NCBI GenBank assembly: GCA_038886535.1 | Contig: JAVZXS010000002.1 | Coordinates: 70,673 to 134,672, forward strand | Reading direction: 5' to 3' | Length of the DNA stretch: 64,000 nucleotides | From: Candidatus Micrarchaeia archaeon | Lineage (GTDB): Archaea > Micrarchaeota > Micrarchaeia > CABMEP01 | Shown here: positions 18,665-28,293 of the stretch, piece after piece | Layout: each line of letters starts with the position of its first letter | How positions within the stretch are numbered: the first letter of the stretch is position 1 | The notes under the pieces: generated by a model | Told to the model about the DNA's origin: nothing | Databases searched by the model: none | What the model saw: the letters and a program-made list of their open reading frames with translations, nothing else | Translations under genes and position numbers: made by a program

Positions 18665-18934
18665 GTGTGGCTGGGCTGATTTAGGTTGGTTTCCAAACCA
18701 AACAGTTTATCTATTCCTAGCCTCCACTCCGCTACCCCATAGACAAGGCGTCTTGCACTTAAGGTTGCTCCTTCCGGCCTGGCCTGGTTCATGCAAGTAA
18801 CCTTCCCATGGGACAGAGCTTCGACGGCTTCAGAATAGGACTGTTTGACATGGTGTCCGTCCTAAATCTTGAGACTCCACTATAGAGGATTTGTGGTTCA
18901 GGGGACCCCTAGCCCCCCAGTCCGCCAGCCACAT
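18665..18934 (-). ncRNA. Signal recognition particle RNA (archaeal 7S/SRP RNA)
   Basis: The minus-strand read contains the helix-8 motif CCAGGCCAGGCCGGAAGGAGCAACC and a G-rich Alu-domain start GUGGCUGGCGGACUGGGGGGCUAGGGGUCCCC. The 5' GUGGCUGG pairs with the 3' CCAGCCAC. It is ~270 nt long in a coding-free gap. The ends are approximate. Confidence 0.8.
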
Positions 18935-19018
18935 AAATATTTAATACTTAGAGTTTATAATTATTTACTCTCTTTATTTTAGAATTCATTAGATTTTTAA
19001 TATGGTTAATGTGAGATT

Positions 19019-19723
19019 ATGGAGTTAAAAGTTGTACTTGTAGAACCTGAATATGAACAAAATTTAGGTTACTGTGCTAGAATAATGAAAAATTTTGATT
19101 TCCATGAACTTTTGCTCGTAAATCCAAAGATTCAAATCGGTGAGGAGGCAAAAATGTATTCAAAACATGCTTTTGATGTTCTTTCATCTGCTAGAATAGT
19201 TTCAAGTTTAGAAGAAGCAATCAAAGACTGTCAGATTGTAATAGGAACAACTGCAATAAAAAGTGGTGGAAAGGAAGTATTAAGAGTGCCGATTTCTCCA
19301 AGAGATGCAGCTAAAAAATTTTCTAGGAAAAATTTAAAGGTTGCATTACTTATTGGAAGAGAGGGAACAGGTCTTTCAAAAGAGGAACTTGAAATTTGTG
19401 ACGTGATTGTAAGGATTCCTTCTTCTGAAAAATACGGAACCCTTAACATCTCACATGCGTTAGGCATTATTCTTTATGAATTCAGAATGGAAATGTCAGA
19501 TGAAAAGGGAAAAGAATTTATTTCTAAGAATGAAATGAAGATCATAGAAGAAACATCAAAAAGAATAGTAAAAAGTCTTAGAGGAATACGCGGAGAGAAA
19601 ACTACAATCTTATCCTTGAAAAGGATTTTTGCAAGAGGGATCAATTCTGTCACAGAGGGAAAAGCACTTATAAATTTTCTTAAAAAAATAGAGAATTCAA
19701 TTAAATCTAAAAATAATAATTAA
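19019..19723 (+). CDS. trmJ: SpoU/TrmH-family RNA 2'-O-methyltransferase (aTrmJ-like)
   Basis: It has LKVVLVEPEYEQNLGYCARIMKNFDF and LLIGREGTGLSKEEL..LNISHALGIILYE, the SPOUT motifs. Confidence 0.7.
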   Translation: MELKVVLVEPEYEQNLGYCARIMKNFDFHELLLVNPKIQIGEEAKMYSKHAFDVLSSARIVSSLEEAIKDCQIVIGTTAIKSGGKEVLRVPISPRDAAKKFSRKNLKVALLIGREGTGLSKEELEICDVIVRIPSSEKYGTLNISHALGIILYEFRMEMSDEKGKEFISKNEMKIIEETSKRIVKSLRGIRGEKTTILSLKRIFARGINSVTEGKALINFLKKIENSIKSKNNN

Positions 19724-19778
19724 AATAATATAAAAAAAGAGTTAGTAAATTATAAATTAAATAAAAAAATAAAATAAT

Positions 19779-20141
19779 TTATTTCTTTCTCTTGACGATC
19801 TTTATTCCTTCTGGAGTGAGGATTAAAGTGTCGTCTCTTATTCTTGCTACGTCACCATTGATTTTCATGACGTATCCTTTTAATTCGCTGATAATATTTC
19901 TCAATCTTGTTTGTTGTTTCGAAAGCGGCCCGAAGTTAAGAAGGATTATATTTCCTCTTGATAATTCGTGCTCTACGACACTTACGTCTGCCTCGCTTTC
20001 GAGTGCAATTGGCTTGACGAACCTGTCTGCTCCCTCGTGAAGAACATCAACGTTCTCAAGCTCTGCGGTATCTAGATATTCCTCTAGGTCCATTTCCTTA
20101 CTCAGACCCAATAAGCCTGAAAGTCTTTGGAGTATTCCCAT
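19779..20141 (-). CDS. sepF: Archaeal SepF-like cell division protein
   Basis: FVKPIALESEADVSVVEHELSRGNIILLNFGPL...INGDVARIRDDTLILTPEGIKI matches the SepF/DUF552 pattern. SD gaggtgac lies 4 nt before ATG 20141; the track start GTG 20150 lies inside the SD. Confidence 0.75.
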   Translation of the reverse strand: MGILQRLSGLLGLSKEMDLEEYLDTAELENVDVLHEGADRFVKPIALESEADVSVVEHELSRGNIILLNFGPLSKQQTRLRNIISELKGYVMKINGDVARIRDDTLILTPEGIKIVKRKK

Positions 20142-20360
20142 TAATGTCACCTCTATTTGTTATTTATATAGTGTAATATTAAAAAGGTTATCTTTTTTTC
20201 ATTTTTTTCTTATTTTTGTTATTTACGTCTTATTTTAGATATCTGTAGCAAAAAATTTATTCTTTCATTTAGATTCTGTATTTGTTATTTCATAATATTT
20301 TGGAATAGGAATTGATATCAACTATTTAAAATTTTTTCATTTCCTATCTAATTAGATTAT

Positions 20361-20897
20361 ATGGGAATTTACAAAATAAAATTTAGATTAAGTAGCAGAC
20401 TTAGAAAGGAGTTATCAAGGCCTTTAGGTAAGATTTTTTCAGAAGATGAGTTATTGCATTTTATTTCAAATAAGCTAAAGAAAAAAGATTTTAAGATAAT
20501 TGCAATCGGTGATGAAACAGGAAGATTTCTCTATGAAAATAAAATAATTCCCTCTATTTGGATATATGATGGAAAAGTTAGAAGAAAAAAGATAAAACAT
20601 CGGATTCCTTTTCCAGATTATATCGTAGAGAATCCTAGATCAGTCATAACAGAAGATTTATGTGCAGCGATTGATGATGCATTGGATAAAAAAAATCAGA
20701 AGAAAAAATTGAAGATATTTGTAAAAGGAGAGGAAGATTTAGCAGCTTTATATGTAATTTACAAAGCTAAAAATTCTTTGGTTTTATACGGTCAGCCTAA
20801 TAGAGGGATAGTCGCAATAAGCACAAACAATAGAATTAGAAAAAGAGCAAAAATGATTTTAGAGAAAATGAAAATTTCATCCTTTTCCTTTAGATAG
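20361..20897 (+). CDS. DUF359/COG1909 protein (archaeal GTP-dependent dephospho-CoA kinase family)
   Basis: RKELSRPLGKIF...IIAIGDETGRFLYENKIIPSIWIYDGKVRRKKI is the typical DUF359 core. Confidence 0.6.
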   Translation: MGIYKIKFRLSSRLRKELSRPLGKIFSEDELLHFISNKLKKKDFKIIAIGDETGRFLYENKIIPSIWIYDGKVRRKKIKHRIPFPDYIVENPRSVITEDLCAAIDDALDKKNQKKKLKIFVKGEEDLAALYVIYKAKNSLVLYGQPNRGIVAISTNNRIRKRAKMILEKMKISSFSFR

Positions 20898-21074
20898 AAT
20901 TTGTAGCATTACAAAGCAAAGTACACCAGCAACTATACCTAATAACCATGGTGTAATATTATCTTTATAGAAGTATTTATTTGCTTTTAGTGCACTTCCT
21001 ATAACTACAGCAATTATTATTGCAAGTATTGCTCTTCCAGCTGTAACAAATGCTTCGCTCCATTTTGTTGCCAT
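20877..21074 (-). CDS. Small two-TM membrane protein
   Basis: It is 65 aa with two hydrophobic helices. There is no SD. It overlaps the 3' end of the previous gene by 21 nt. Confidence 0.35.
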   Translation of the reverse strand: MATKWSEAFVTAGRAILAIIIAVVIGSALKANKYFYKDNITPWLLGIVAGVLCFVMLQILSKGKG

Positions 21075-21219
21075 ACAAATATTTATTCAAAAAGTTATAA
21101 AAACCTTGATTTTCGCTGATTGCCGTATCTGAACAGAACTCAGCTAAGATTTTTAAAACCAACCCTTAGTTAATATTAATTGTTTATTACAGCTTTGCTG
21201 TAATGAAAGGTGATAAAAA

Positions 21220-21582
21220 ATGGCAAAAGATACTATGGAATCATTAGGTGCATGGGCATTCTATCTCGGTTTGATTGTAGCCCTTGTGCTTGCAGCCATG
21301 CCAACATTATTGAGCCATGGATGGATTATTCTCATCCTTGGATTGCTCGGTATTATAGTTGGTTTGCTAAACATAGGAGACAAAGAATTGCAACTCTATA
21401 TGATAGCAAACATAGCTTTCTTGGTGGCTGCTAACGGATTTATTGGAGTCTTGGCAGCATTGCCAGTAGGAACAATGGGCGTAACTTTCTTAACAAATTT
21501 TGTCCGCAATATAATATTGTTCGTGGCTCCAGGAGTAGCAGTAGTTGCATTGAAAGCTCTTTATGAGGTTTCAAAGGACTAA
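21220..21582 (+). CDS. Small multi-TM membrane protein
   Basis: SD aaggtgat lies 5 nt upstream of the ATG. It has four predicted hydrophobic helices. Confidence 0.55.
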   Translation: MAKDTMESLGAWAFYLGLIVALVLAAMPTLLSHGWIILILGLLGIIVGLLNIGDKELQLYMIANIAFLVAANGFIGVLAALPVGTMGVTFLTNFVRNIILFVAPGVAVVALKALYEVSKD

Positions 21583-21715
21583 ATAAAATAGTCGACATTG
21601 CCGCTTTCTTTTTTCATTTTTATTTCTTTATTTTATTCAATTTCTACTTCTGTCATTACTCCATTCCTTTTTCCTATTAAACAAATGTTTATATATTGAT
21701 TTACATATCTTAATT

Positions 21716-21850
21716 ATGAAAAAAAAAACAATTTTGAAGAGAATGAAAAGAACGAAGAAACTAAAGAAAGAACGCAAAAAGAGCAGATCCTTTAGAGGAT
21801 ACATTTTATCATATAGAAAGAAAAGGACTAGTTCTAATTCTAGAAGATAG
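21716..21850 (+). CDS. 44-aa highly basic peptide (possible eL41-like ribosomal peptide; very uncertain)
   Basis: It is below the track size cut-off. It translates to MKKKTILKRMKRTKKLKKERKKSRSFRGYILSYRKKRTSSNSRR, and half the residues are Lys/Arg. The first ~26 aa resemble eL41, but the sequence is low complexity. It overlaps the receiver-domain frame. Confidence 0.2.
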   Translation: MKKKTILKRMKRTKKLKKERKKSRSFRGYILSYRKKRTSSNSRR

Positions 21851-22172
21851 TCCAGAGGTAATTAGGTTTTATACCTGTTCATTTAAAAATTATAACTATA
21901 GAATAGTTACTAGCTTAAGAAAAGTAGAGGAAGAGATAGAAAGGCTTGAAAAAGAAGGCATCGAGCCTAAAGTACTAATTGCAGACTTTAATCTTTCGGA
22001 TGGAGAAAGTACATCTTTTGTAGAAAAATTAAGAAACAGATATCCAAAACTTAAAGTAATTCTATGTTCATCAGATGACTCCGCAGTCATGCACGTTAAA
22101 CATGTTGTATCATTTGAAAAAGGTCAAATTATAAAAATTAGATCAAAGTTGGATGAATTTCTTTCACAATGA
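21813..22172 (+). CDS. Stand-alone CheY-like receiver (REC) domain protein with no canonical start codon
   Basis: The frame is open from 21765 to TGA 22170-22172. It encodes ERKGLVLILEDSPEV..KVLIADFNLSDGES..KVILCSSDD..SFEKG, i.e. the acidic pair, phospho-acceptor Asp, Ser and Lys in canonical order. It is absent from the track because no ATG/GTG/TTG precedes beta-1. The start shown here is the in-frame ATA. Confidence 0.5.
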   Translation: MERKGLVLILEDSPEVIRFYTCSFKNYNYRIVTSLRKVEEEIERLEKEGIEPKVLIADFNLSDGESTSFVEKLRNRYPKLKVILCSSDDSAVMHVKHVVSFEKGQIIKIRSKLDEFLSQ

Positions 22173-22238
22173 AACCGAAGCTTTTCTTTTTGTTAGGCAA
22201 AAAATTTTATTTCTTTAACTTCTATTCTAATAATCAAT

Positions 22239-22345
22239 GCCCCCGTAGTATAACCTGGATAGTACGCGAGCTTGCGGTAGCCATTTTGAAGATAAGTAAT
22301 GGTTGCGAAAAGCTTGTAATGCGGGTTCGAATCCCGTCGGGGGCG
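22239..22345 (+). tRNA. tRNA-Arg (anticodon GCG) with a 33-nt intron at position 37/38
   Basis: It reads GCCCCCG-UA-GUAU-AACCUGGAUA-GUAC-G-CGAGC-UUGCGG[intron]A-GCUUG-UAAU-GCGGG-UUCGAAU-CCCGU-CGGGGGC-G. Confidence 0.85.
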
Positions 22346-22456
22346 CTGCCAAGATAAAAAAGTAAATAATTTAAAAATATTAATGTCCATTATATTATAT
22401 CTGGTTTATATGCTGATTAACTTAGGTTATCAGTCTTATATCTAAATAGTGGTACT

Positions 22457-22606
22457 ATGGGTAAGTTTCCAATAGCAGATGCAAAACTTAAGAAGCAATT
22501 AGTTTGCAGAAAATGCAAGACAAAGAACAAGATAGGAGCAGAGAAATGCAGGAAGTGCAATTATAAGTTTCTTAGACCGAAGAAAACAACAGTAGTTAAG
22601 AAGTAA
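22457..22606 (+). CDS. rpl40e: Ribosomal protein eL40 (L40e)
   Basis: Not in the track (49 aa). It translates to MGKFPIADAKLKKQLVCRKCKTKNKIGAEKCRKCNYKFLRPKKTTVVKK, with the C-x2-C..C-x2-C and LRPK motifs typical of archaeal L40e. Confidence 0.85.
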   Translation: MGKFPIADAKLKKQLVCRKCKTKNKIGAEKCRKCNYKFLRPKKTTVVKK

Positions 22607-22628
22607 TCTAATTTTTAATTTTTTCACT

Positions 22629-22700
22629 GCCCTAGTAGCTCAACGGTAGAGCGACTGACTTGTAATCAGTAGGTTGGGAGTTCGAATCTCCCCTAGGGCT
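22629..22700 (+). tRNA. tRNA-Thr (anticodon UGU)
   Basis: It reads GCCCUAG-UA-GCUC-AACGGUA-GAGC-G-ACUGA-CUUGUAA-UCAGU-AGGUU-GGGAG-UUCGAAU-CUCCC-CUAGGGC-U. It is 72 nt with no intron. Confidence 0.92.
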
Positions 22701-22830
22701 TTTATTGTAACTTTCCTAATTATCAATTCTCTTTTTATAGATTACATTTTCAATATTCAGCGATAAGTATTTAAATATCAATTATGTGCTATATATTCAT
22801 AGGGTAGTTAAATTTAGAAGATGTGAGTAT

Positions 22831-24996
22831 ATGGATGAAGCGATAATTTCACTTGCAGACAGAGTTATTTCTATTTTAAAGCAGAGAAAAATCGTGGAAT
22901 TATCTGACCTTGTAAAAGAGACAGGTGAAAATGAAGAAGAAATCAAATTAATTATTAATTTATTGGAAAAAGAGGAAATGGTGGACGTTGGTTATAGTCT
23001 TACAAAAGTGCTTATATCTTGGAATGATGAGGCGGATCGAATTTTAATGAAGATGAAAAAGAACCAAAAGATAATTTCTCTTAATTCTGATGAAACATTA
23101 AAAATTGAAAGATCTAGAAATGGAAAAACCACTTCTTTAACACCTATTCCTATAAATGAAAATGAGAAGGAAATTCTTAATGATGAAGCACCTAAATTTA
23201 ATATATTTAAAGAAAAGACAAAAGAAGAAATAGAAGCAGAAATAGAGTCGATCGAAAAGAATCTAAAATCAAAGCAAATAAACAAAAATAAAGTTGAATC
23301 TAAGCATAAAGAAATAAGAAGAGAGAGTTCTTATAAAATTGGTGCAATGGCTGTAAAAGATATAGAAACAAATGATGAGGAAAATTTAGGTGAAAAAGAC
23401 AAAGAGAATTTTGAGATATTCAATTCAAAAGCAGAAAATATATTAAAGCGTAGTGAAGCGGTTGAAAAACATGCAAGTCAGAAGACAAAAATAAGAAAAC
23501 AGAATTCGGATGATAGTGATATCGATCGAGAAATAAAAGACATAGAGAGAAATATACTATTAAGAATTTCAGGCGAAACAGAGAATGGTGATTCAGCTCA
23601 TATTATTTCTTTAGAAAATACCGATATAGTAAAATCTGCAAAAACAAAATCTATTTCTAAAGATGATATTGAAAAAAGTGAATCACAAAAACAAAGGTTA
23701 TTAAATAAATATCGATCAGAGCCTAATTTTATAGATAAAACCAGTATAAAAACACAAAAGAATAAAGAAAAAGATGAATTAAAAGAATTAGAAGAAAAAC
23801 TTAATCAAATTGTAAACAAGAGGGCTGAAATTGTCGATTTAAACAAACAAAAAACGATACTGTTCGATACTACCCATCCTGAATTAAAGAGCAAGCTTTC
23901 TGCTCAGATAGAAGCAATGGAATCAATAATTAGTGAAAAGGAAGGCAGACTTAACGAATTGAAAAATAAAATACAAATTCTCCCTGAAAACATAATCGAA
24001 CTTAATAGAGCTCTACAATCATTAAGAGAAAAGCAGATGAGTATCGATTCTGTATTTAACTCTACTATGAATCAATTGAACGAAATTAAAAATAAGATAC
24101 ATGAGGTAAAAGATGACTATTTTGCTGAATTTACTTTAATAAAGAATCAAATAATTGAGCAAGAAAAAGAACTTATCAAGATAAATGATATTTATTCTTC
24201 ATTGAAGGATAAGGAAAAAAGATTGATTAATTCCATCCAATTTGTAAAGGACAATATTTTAAAATCTCAGGAAGAACTTATGAATCTTGAAGATCAACTT
24301 GAAAAGTTTAGATCTTCTTCTAAATCAATCGAATTAAAGATAGAAGAAACAAATAAAGTGTTGAGATCGCTTAATCGACAATTTGAAAATTATATAAATA
24401 AGATAAAAGAGTTAGATGATTTTGAAAATGAAATCAAGCAAATACAGAAAGAATATATGGATTCAAAGGAAAAAATAGATTCAAAAATAAATGATTATAC
24501 GAAAGAAATATTGGCAATTTCAAAATCAATAGAGTTAGAGGCTACTAGTAGGTATCTCCAAGAATTGGAAAAAATGACAGCAGAGGCTGAAGATTCTATT
24601 AATTCTCTTTTATATAGCGAAAATGAATTGAATAAAAGAATAGAGAACAAAAAGAAGGAATTAGCTCAATTGATAGAAGAAGCAAAAAGAATGCAACGAT
24701 CATTGGCTATGAAAGAGTTAAGAGAGCCAAAAGTCAAAAATTCTTACAATCTATACCTTAACCCAGAGAAAATAAATTTAATGCAATCAAATTTCCAATT
24801 CAATGAAGATTTCATAGACTCAGATAAGTATGAAATAAAAGAAATGAAAGAAACAGATAGAATGGATGTTGAAGTAAAAACATTGGATTCTAGCGCGCTT
24901 AATCAAGATAATAAGAGTAATTCAAAATTAGAAGAGATTAAAGAATCGCTTTCTAATTTTTTAGCAAAGTTCAATAGAAAATTAGGTAAGAAATGA
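22831..24996 (+). CDS. Winged-helix N-terminal domain plus very long coiled-coil protein
   Basis: ATG 22831 is preceded by tgtgag. The N-terminus ISLADRVISILKQRKIVELSDLVKETGENEEEIKLIINLLEKEEMV looks wHTH-like. About 650 aa of heptad-rich Glu/Lys/Asn sequence follow. Confidence 0.5.
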   Translation: MDEAIISLADRVISILKQRKIVELSDLVKETGENEEEIKLIINLLEKEEMVDVGYSLTKVLISWNDEADRILMKMKKNQKIISLNSDETLKIERSRNGKTTSLTPIPINENEKEILNDEAPKFNIFKEKTKEEIEAEIESIEKNLKSKQINKNKVESKHKEIRRESSYKIGAMAVKDIETNDEENLGEKDKENFEIFNSKAENILKRSEAVEKHASQKTKIRKQNSDDSDIDREIKDIERNILLRISGETENGDSAHIISLENTDIVKSAKTKSISKDDIEKSESQKQRLLNKYRSEPNFIDKTSIKTQKNKEKDELKELEEKLNQIVNKRAEIVDLNKQKTILFDTTHPELKSKLSAQIEAMESIISEKEGRLNELKNKIQILPENIIELNRALQSLREKQMSIDSVFNSTMNQLNEIKNKIHEVKDDYFAEFTLIKNQIIEQEKELIKINDIYSSLKDKEKRLINSIQFVKDNILKSQEELMNLEDQLEKFRSSSKSIELKIEETNKVLRSLNRQFENYINKIKELDDFENEIKQIQKEYMDSKEKIDSKINDYTKEILAISKSIELEATSRYLQELEKMTAEAEDSINSLLYSENELNKRIENKKKELAQLIEEAKRMQRSLAMKELREPKVKNSYNLYLNPEKINLMQSNFQFNEDFIDSDKYEIKEMKETDRMDVEVKTLDSSALNQDNKSNSKLEEIKESLSNFLAKFNRKLGKK

Positions 24997-26511
24997 TTAC
25001 TGGTTTATTATCGATTCTTTCTCTTTTTCTTCCAATTTCGTTTTTATTTTTTTAGTATCTATCGAAGCTAGAATATATACTACTACAAAAGCAATGGAGA
25101 TCGCTATTACAAATACGGGATTATAGGAAGCGACAATAGCTCTATATCCACCAACATTAACTACATCAAGATAAGCTGTAACATTAAAGATTAGATGTAA
25201 AAGTATTGCTAAGAATATACCTGGTATAAGACCGAAGTGGGAAATAGCTCTGTATTTCTCTCTTGATTTTAAATAACCTAAAATCACTCCTGCAAATGCA
25301 ACGAAACATCCATGTGCCAAAGTATTGAAAATCGATCTGTATAAGATTATAGATATCCAAACATCTATTCCTATTATTATTGGATCTACACTTGCAAGGA
25401 AATAAAACCAATTTTCATACATTGCAAATCCAATTCCAATTGCAAAACCATATAAAAGTCCATCTAATGCATCGTCAAATTCGTGGTGTCTTGAAAATAA
25501 CGCAAGTCCGAAAATTTTAAGAATTTCTTCTATTATAGGGCTTGCAATGATACTTATTATAGCGGTCGTCAAAGCGAGAGGTATAATATCTGCACTTTTG
25601 CCAATAAGATAAATAATAAGATTATTAATAAAGAATGCAACCATAGCTGCAAAAATTCCATAAACAAACATTCCTGCTACAAATCTCAATGGTTCTCTTT
25701 CATATATATCTGCGTACCAGGTAAATATCATAAGTATTAATGGAATAGCTAAAGATGCAACAAATGAAATTAATATTATCTCAATCTTAGTTAGAATATC
25801 GTAGTTCTGATATGTTGAAAAGGCTATAATACACACAAGAAGAATTGCAAAGAAAAGTATAATTGACCATATAGCTGGATTTGCAAGTGCATTTGCAATT
25901 TGTTCACTCATTGTTCTTCCATATGGAAATTCAAATAGTGTTTTATCAGTGTATTCATCATTTTTTCCGTATTTTCTCATTTCAGCATCTCTTACAACTA
26001 AAGATAAGATTAATAGAAGGATTAATGCGATTATCGGTGCAACCACATACGCTCCTATATTTATTGCTTCGTATGTTATCTTTTCATATTTCTCCCAAGA
26101 TTGAGCAATTGTGAACTCTTTTGCCAGATACGTATCAGAGATTAGGAGGTATCTTCCAACATCTGTAGTAAGACCATTATAAGTGTAGGTCATTGGAATT
26201 TCAAATTCGGCACTTTCTTGAGCTTCAAGCTTTCCAAGTTCTGCTATAAATATATAGTTTTCATTTTCCTTAAAATATAAGGCAATATTTATTGCTTCAT
26301 TGCCTTCATTAGTTATTGTAATATTGTGTTTCATTAAACAAGGAGTTTCAGTACACACAACTGCAACAGGTTGTATTGTTGCAGTTAGGCTTCCTTTAAT
26401 AATGCTTCTATTTTCATCTATTCTGAGTTGATTTGGAAATGCTAATACAAGTGAAAAGAGAAGAATAAGTATTGAAATCATGTGAAATATTTTTTTAGGT
26501 CTTTCATTCAT
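24997..26511 (-). CDS. PrsW-family intramembrane protease-like protein with N-terminal extracellular domain
   Basis: It has a signal anchor, a ~150-aa external domain, and then ~8 TM segments carrying PIIEEILKIFGL (EExxK), FNTLAHGCF and LLHLIFNVTAY (HxxxN). SD gtggtga lies upstream. Confidence 0.6.
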   Translation of the reverse strand: MNERPKKIFHMISILILLFSLVLAFPNQLRIDENRSIIKGSLTATIQPVAVVCTETPCLMKHNITITNEGNEAINIALYFKENENYIFIAELGKLEAQESAEFEIPMTYTYNGLTTDVGRYLLISDTYLAKEFTIAQSWEKYEKITYEAINIGAYVVAPIIALILLLILSLVVRDAEMRKYGKNDEYTDKTLFEFPYGRTMSEQIANALANPAIWSIILFFAILLVCIIAFSTYQNYDILTKIEIILISFVASLAIPLILMIFTWYADIYEREPLRFVAGMFVYGIFAAMVAFFINNLIIYLIGKSADIIPLALTTAIISIIASPIIEEILKIFGLALFSRHHEFDDALDGLLYGFAIGIGFAMYENWFYFLASVDPIIIGIDVWISIILYRSIFNTLAHGCFVAFAGVILGYLKSREKYRAISHFGLIPGIFLAILLHLIFNVTAYLDVVNVGGYRAIVASYNPVFVIAISIAFVVVYILASIDTKKIKTKLEEKEKESIINQ

Positions 26512-26582
26512 TGTTTTTCACCACTTCTACTTTATCTACATTAAAACAAAAAATATAAATATAATGCATTTATATTATTATT

Positions 26583-27065
26583 ATGGTTAATTTTAAAAAC
26601 CAAAGGTTAAATCGAAAAAAAGATTCTGAATTTAAATTGAATACTTCAGATCTAAAATATGCTGATGAGTTGATGGAAATATCTAAAGGAGAATCAAAAA
26701 CCGATTTTTTAGATAAAGCTAGAGATTTTGTAGATTTGATTCTAATCCATAAAGGAGATTTAAACAAGGTTGAAAAAGAATTTCCAGTAACTTCATTTGG
26801 GATTGAGTTTATTGAAAAAGCGAAAACAATATGTAGGAAGAAACAGCTTCTATTCCATGAAAAAGTTCTCAATAAAGTTAAAGAGTCGATATACGAATCT
26901 AAAAAGTTAAACTTACTGCAAACTACAGTACTAATTTTTATGCATGATCTTATGTATTTAGATGAAAGGGAGGGATTAGAAGAAGATCAATATAATGATA
27001 TACAGGAATATTTTAATGAATTAAAAGAATATCTACAAAAAGAATACGGAGATGATGAATGGTAA
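26583..27065 (+). CDS. Hypothetical acidic protein
   Basis: The ORF fills the gap. I recognise no family. Confidence 0.4.
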   Translation: MVNFKNQRLNRKKDSEFKLNTSDLKYADELMEISKGESKTDFLDKARDFVDLILIHKGDLNKVEKEFPVTSFGIEFIEKAKTICRKKQLLFHEKVLNKVKESIYESKKLNLLQTTVLIFMHDLMYLDEREGLEEDQYNDIQEYFNELKEYLQKEYGDDEW

Positions 27066-27157
27066 ATTAAGAAAGACTTTATATAATTTGTAGGTAATGT
27101 CTATTTTTGTGTTAAATTTGTTAATTTATATTTGTCTAAGTATAAAATGGTGTTTTT

Positions 27158-27760
27158 TTGGCTATATTTGTTTTGACTGGTACACCTGGAACAGGAAAAT
27201 CTTCAATAGCGAATTATTTTGCAAAAAAGAAATGGGCAATTATAGATCTAAATGATCTTGTGAATAAAAAGCATTTGTGGTATACGAAAGAAAAAGGAAG
27301 TAAAGTTGTCGATATCGCTTCTCTTAAAAGAGAGACCATTAAAGAAATATCCAGAATTAAAAATAAATATAAAATATCCAAAGAACCAAATAATGAACTT
27401 AATATTATAATAGAAGGGCATTTAGCATGTGAGATTACATTACCTGTTGATGCAGTCATCGTTCTTAGAACTAGACCAGACATATTAATTAAAAGATTGA
27501 TTAAAAGGAAATATCCAAAATATAAAATAAGTGAAAATGTCCAAGTTGAAATTATTGATTACTGTACAAAAAAAGCAGAAGAAAATTATAAATGCCCTAT
27601 TTATGAAATAGATTCTTCAGGTCCTCTTAGAATTACAACAAATAAATTAAATAAGATAGTAAAACAATTTTCAAATAAAAATAAAAAAAACATTAATAAA
27701 TCGATAAACTGGCTTAGATATGCTTTCAAGAAAGAGATTGCGAAATATCTGTTTGAATAG
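27158..27760 (+). CDS. Fap7/adenylate kinase isoenzyme-6-like P-loop NTPase
   Basis: The N-terminal P-loop is MAIFVLTGTPGTGKSSIANYF. The size (~200 aa) and IIEGHLA fit the family. The start is TTG, 5 nt after ggtg. Confidence 0.65.
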   Translation: MAIFVLTGTPGTGKSSIANYFAKKKWAIIDLNDLVNKKHLWYTKEKGSKVVDIASLKRETIKEISRIKNKYKISKEPNNELNIIIEGHLACEITLPVDAVIVLRTRPDILIKRLIKRKYPKYKISENVQVEIIDYCTKKAEENYKCPIYEIDSSGPLRITTNKLNKIVKQFSNKNKKNINKSINWLRYAFKKEIAKYLFE

Positions 27761-27811
27761 AGCAATTGGAAAGAGTTTAAAATTTCACTTCTTATTATAT
27801 TTAGTGATCAG

Positions 27812-28267
27812 ATGAAAAAGAAATATAAAGGGAAAAAAGGACAAATAGCATTTGAAACTATTCTTATTGTCGGATTTGTATTCCTTCTACTTATTCCACT
27901 TATTTTTATATTATTCAATCGTTCTGTTTCTATTCAAGATGAACTTACAACTATACAAACTTCAAGAGCACTCTTTACTCTTGTCTCCGCTGTTGATTCT
28001 GTTGGAGTACTGGGTCCAAATAACAGTATAATTGTAGAAGTAGTATTTCCTAATAATATTAAAAAGCTATCAATAGGCAGTGATAATAATAGAGAGATAT
28101 CCGCGGTTTTAGCCACTTCACTTGGAGATATACATATAGTTAAAATGTCTCAATTTAATATCTCTTCAACATACATATTTCCAGAAGGCAATATAAAATC
28201 AGGAACATATAGATTCAAAATTGTATACTCAGAAGATGAAAAAGAAGTAAAAATAAGTTTAGATTAA
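27812..28267 (+). CDS. Archaeal type IV pilin-like protein (class III signal peptide)
   Basis: MKKKYKGKKG/QIAFETILIVGFVFLLLIPLIFILF has a basic leader, Gly at -1, Gln at +1, Glu at +5 and a hydrophobic helix (DUF361/EppA-substrate-like). SD agtgatc lies upstream. Confidence 0.6.
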   Translation: MKKKYKGKKGQIAFETILIVGFVFLLLIPLIFILFNRSVSIQDELTTIQTSRALFTLVSAVDSVGVLGPNNSIIVEVVFPNNIKKLSIGSDNNREISAVLATSLGDIHIVKMSQFNISSTYIFPEGNIKSGTYRFKIVYSEDEKEVKISLD

Positions 28268-28293
28268 TTAAAATAAAAAATTTTAAAAAAGAA

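Noticed and set aside
21187-21203. Perfect 7-bp hairpin ttacagc-ttt-gctgtaa just upstream of the SD of the 21220 membrane-protein gene, considered as a riboswitch or attenuator.
   Set aside because: It is too short, has only a 3-nt loop, and has no flanking conserved structure. It could occur by chance, so I did not call it a feature.
21896-22090. Minus-strand 64-aa ORF.
   Set aside because: It is antisense to the receiver-domain reading frame, which has clear REC homology on the plus strand.
15876-22345. Introns in tRNA-Ser and tRNA-Arg, considered as unusual elements.
   Set aside because: Both sit at the canonical 37/38 position with lengths (39 and 33 nt) normal for archaeal bulge-helix-bulge introns. 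This is standard archaeal biology.
22169-22390. ORFs 22169-22357 (+) and 22193-22390 (-).
   Set aside because: Both are laid over the intron-containing tRNA-Arg gene (22239-22345), so they are spurious.
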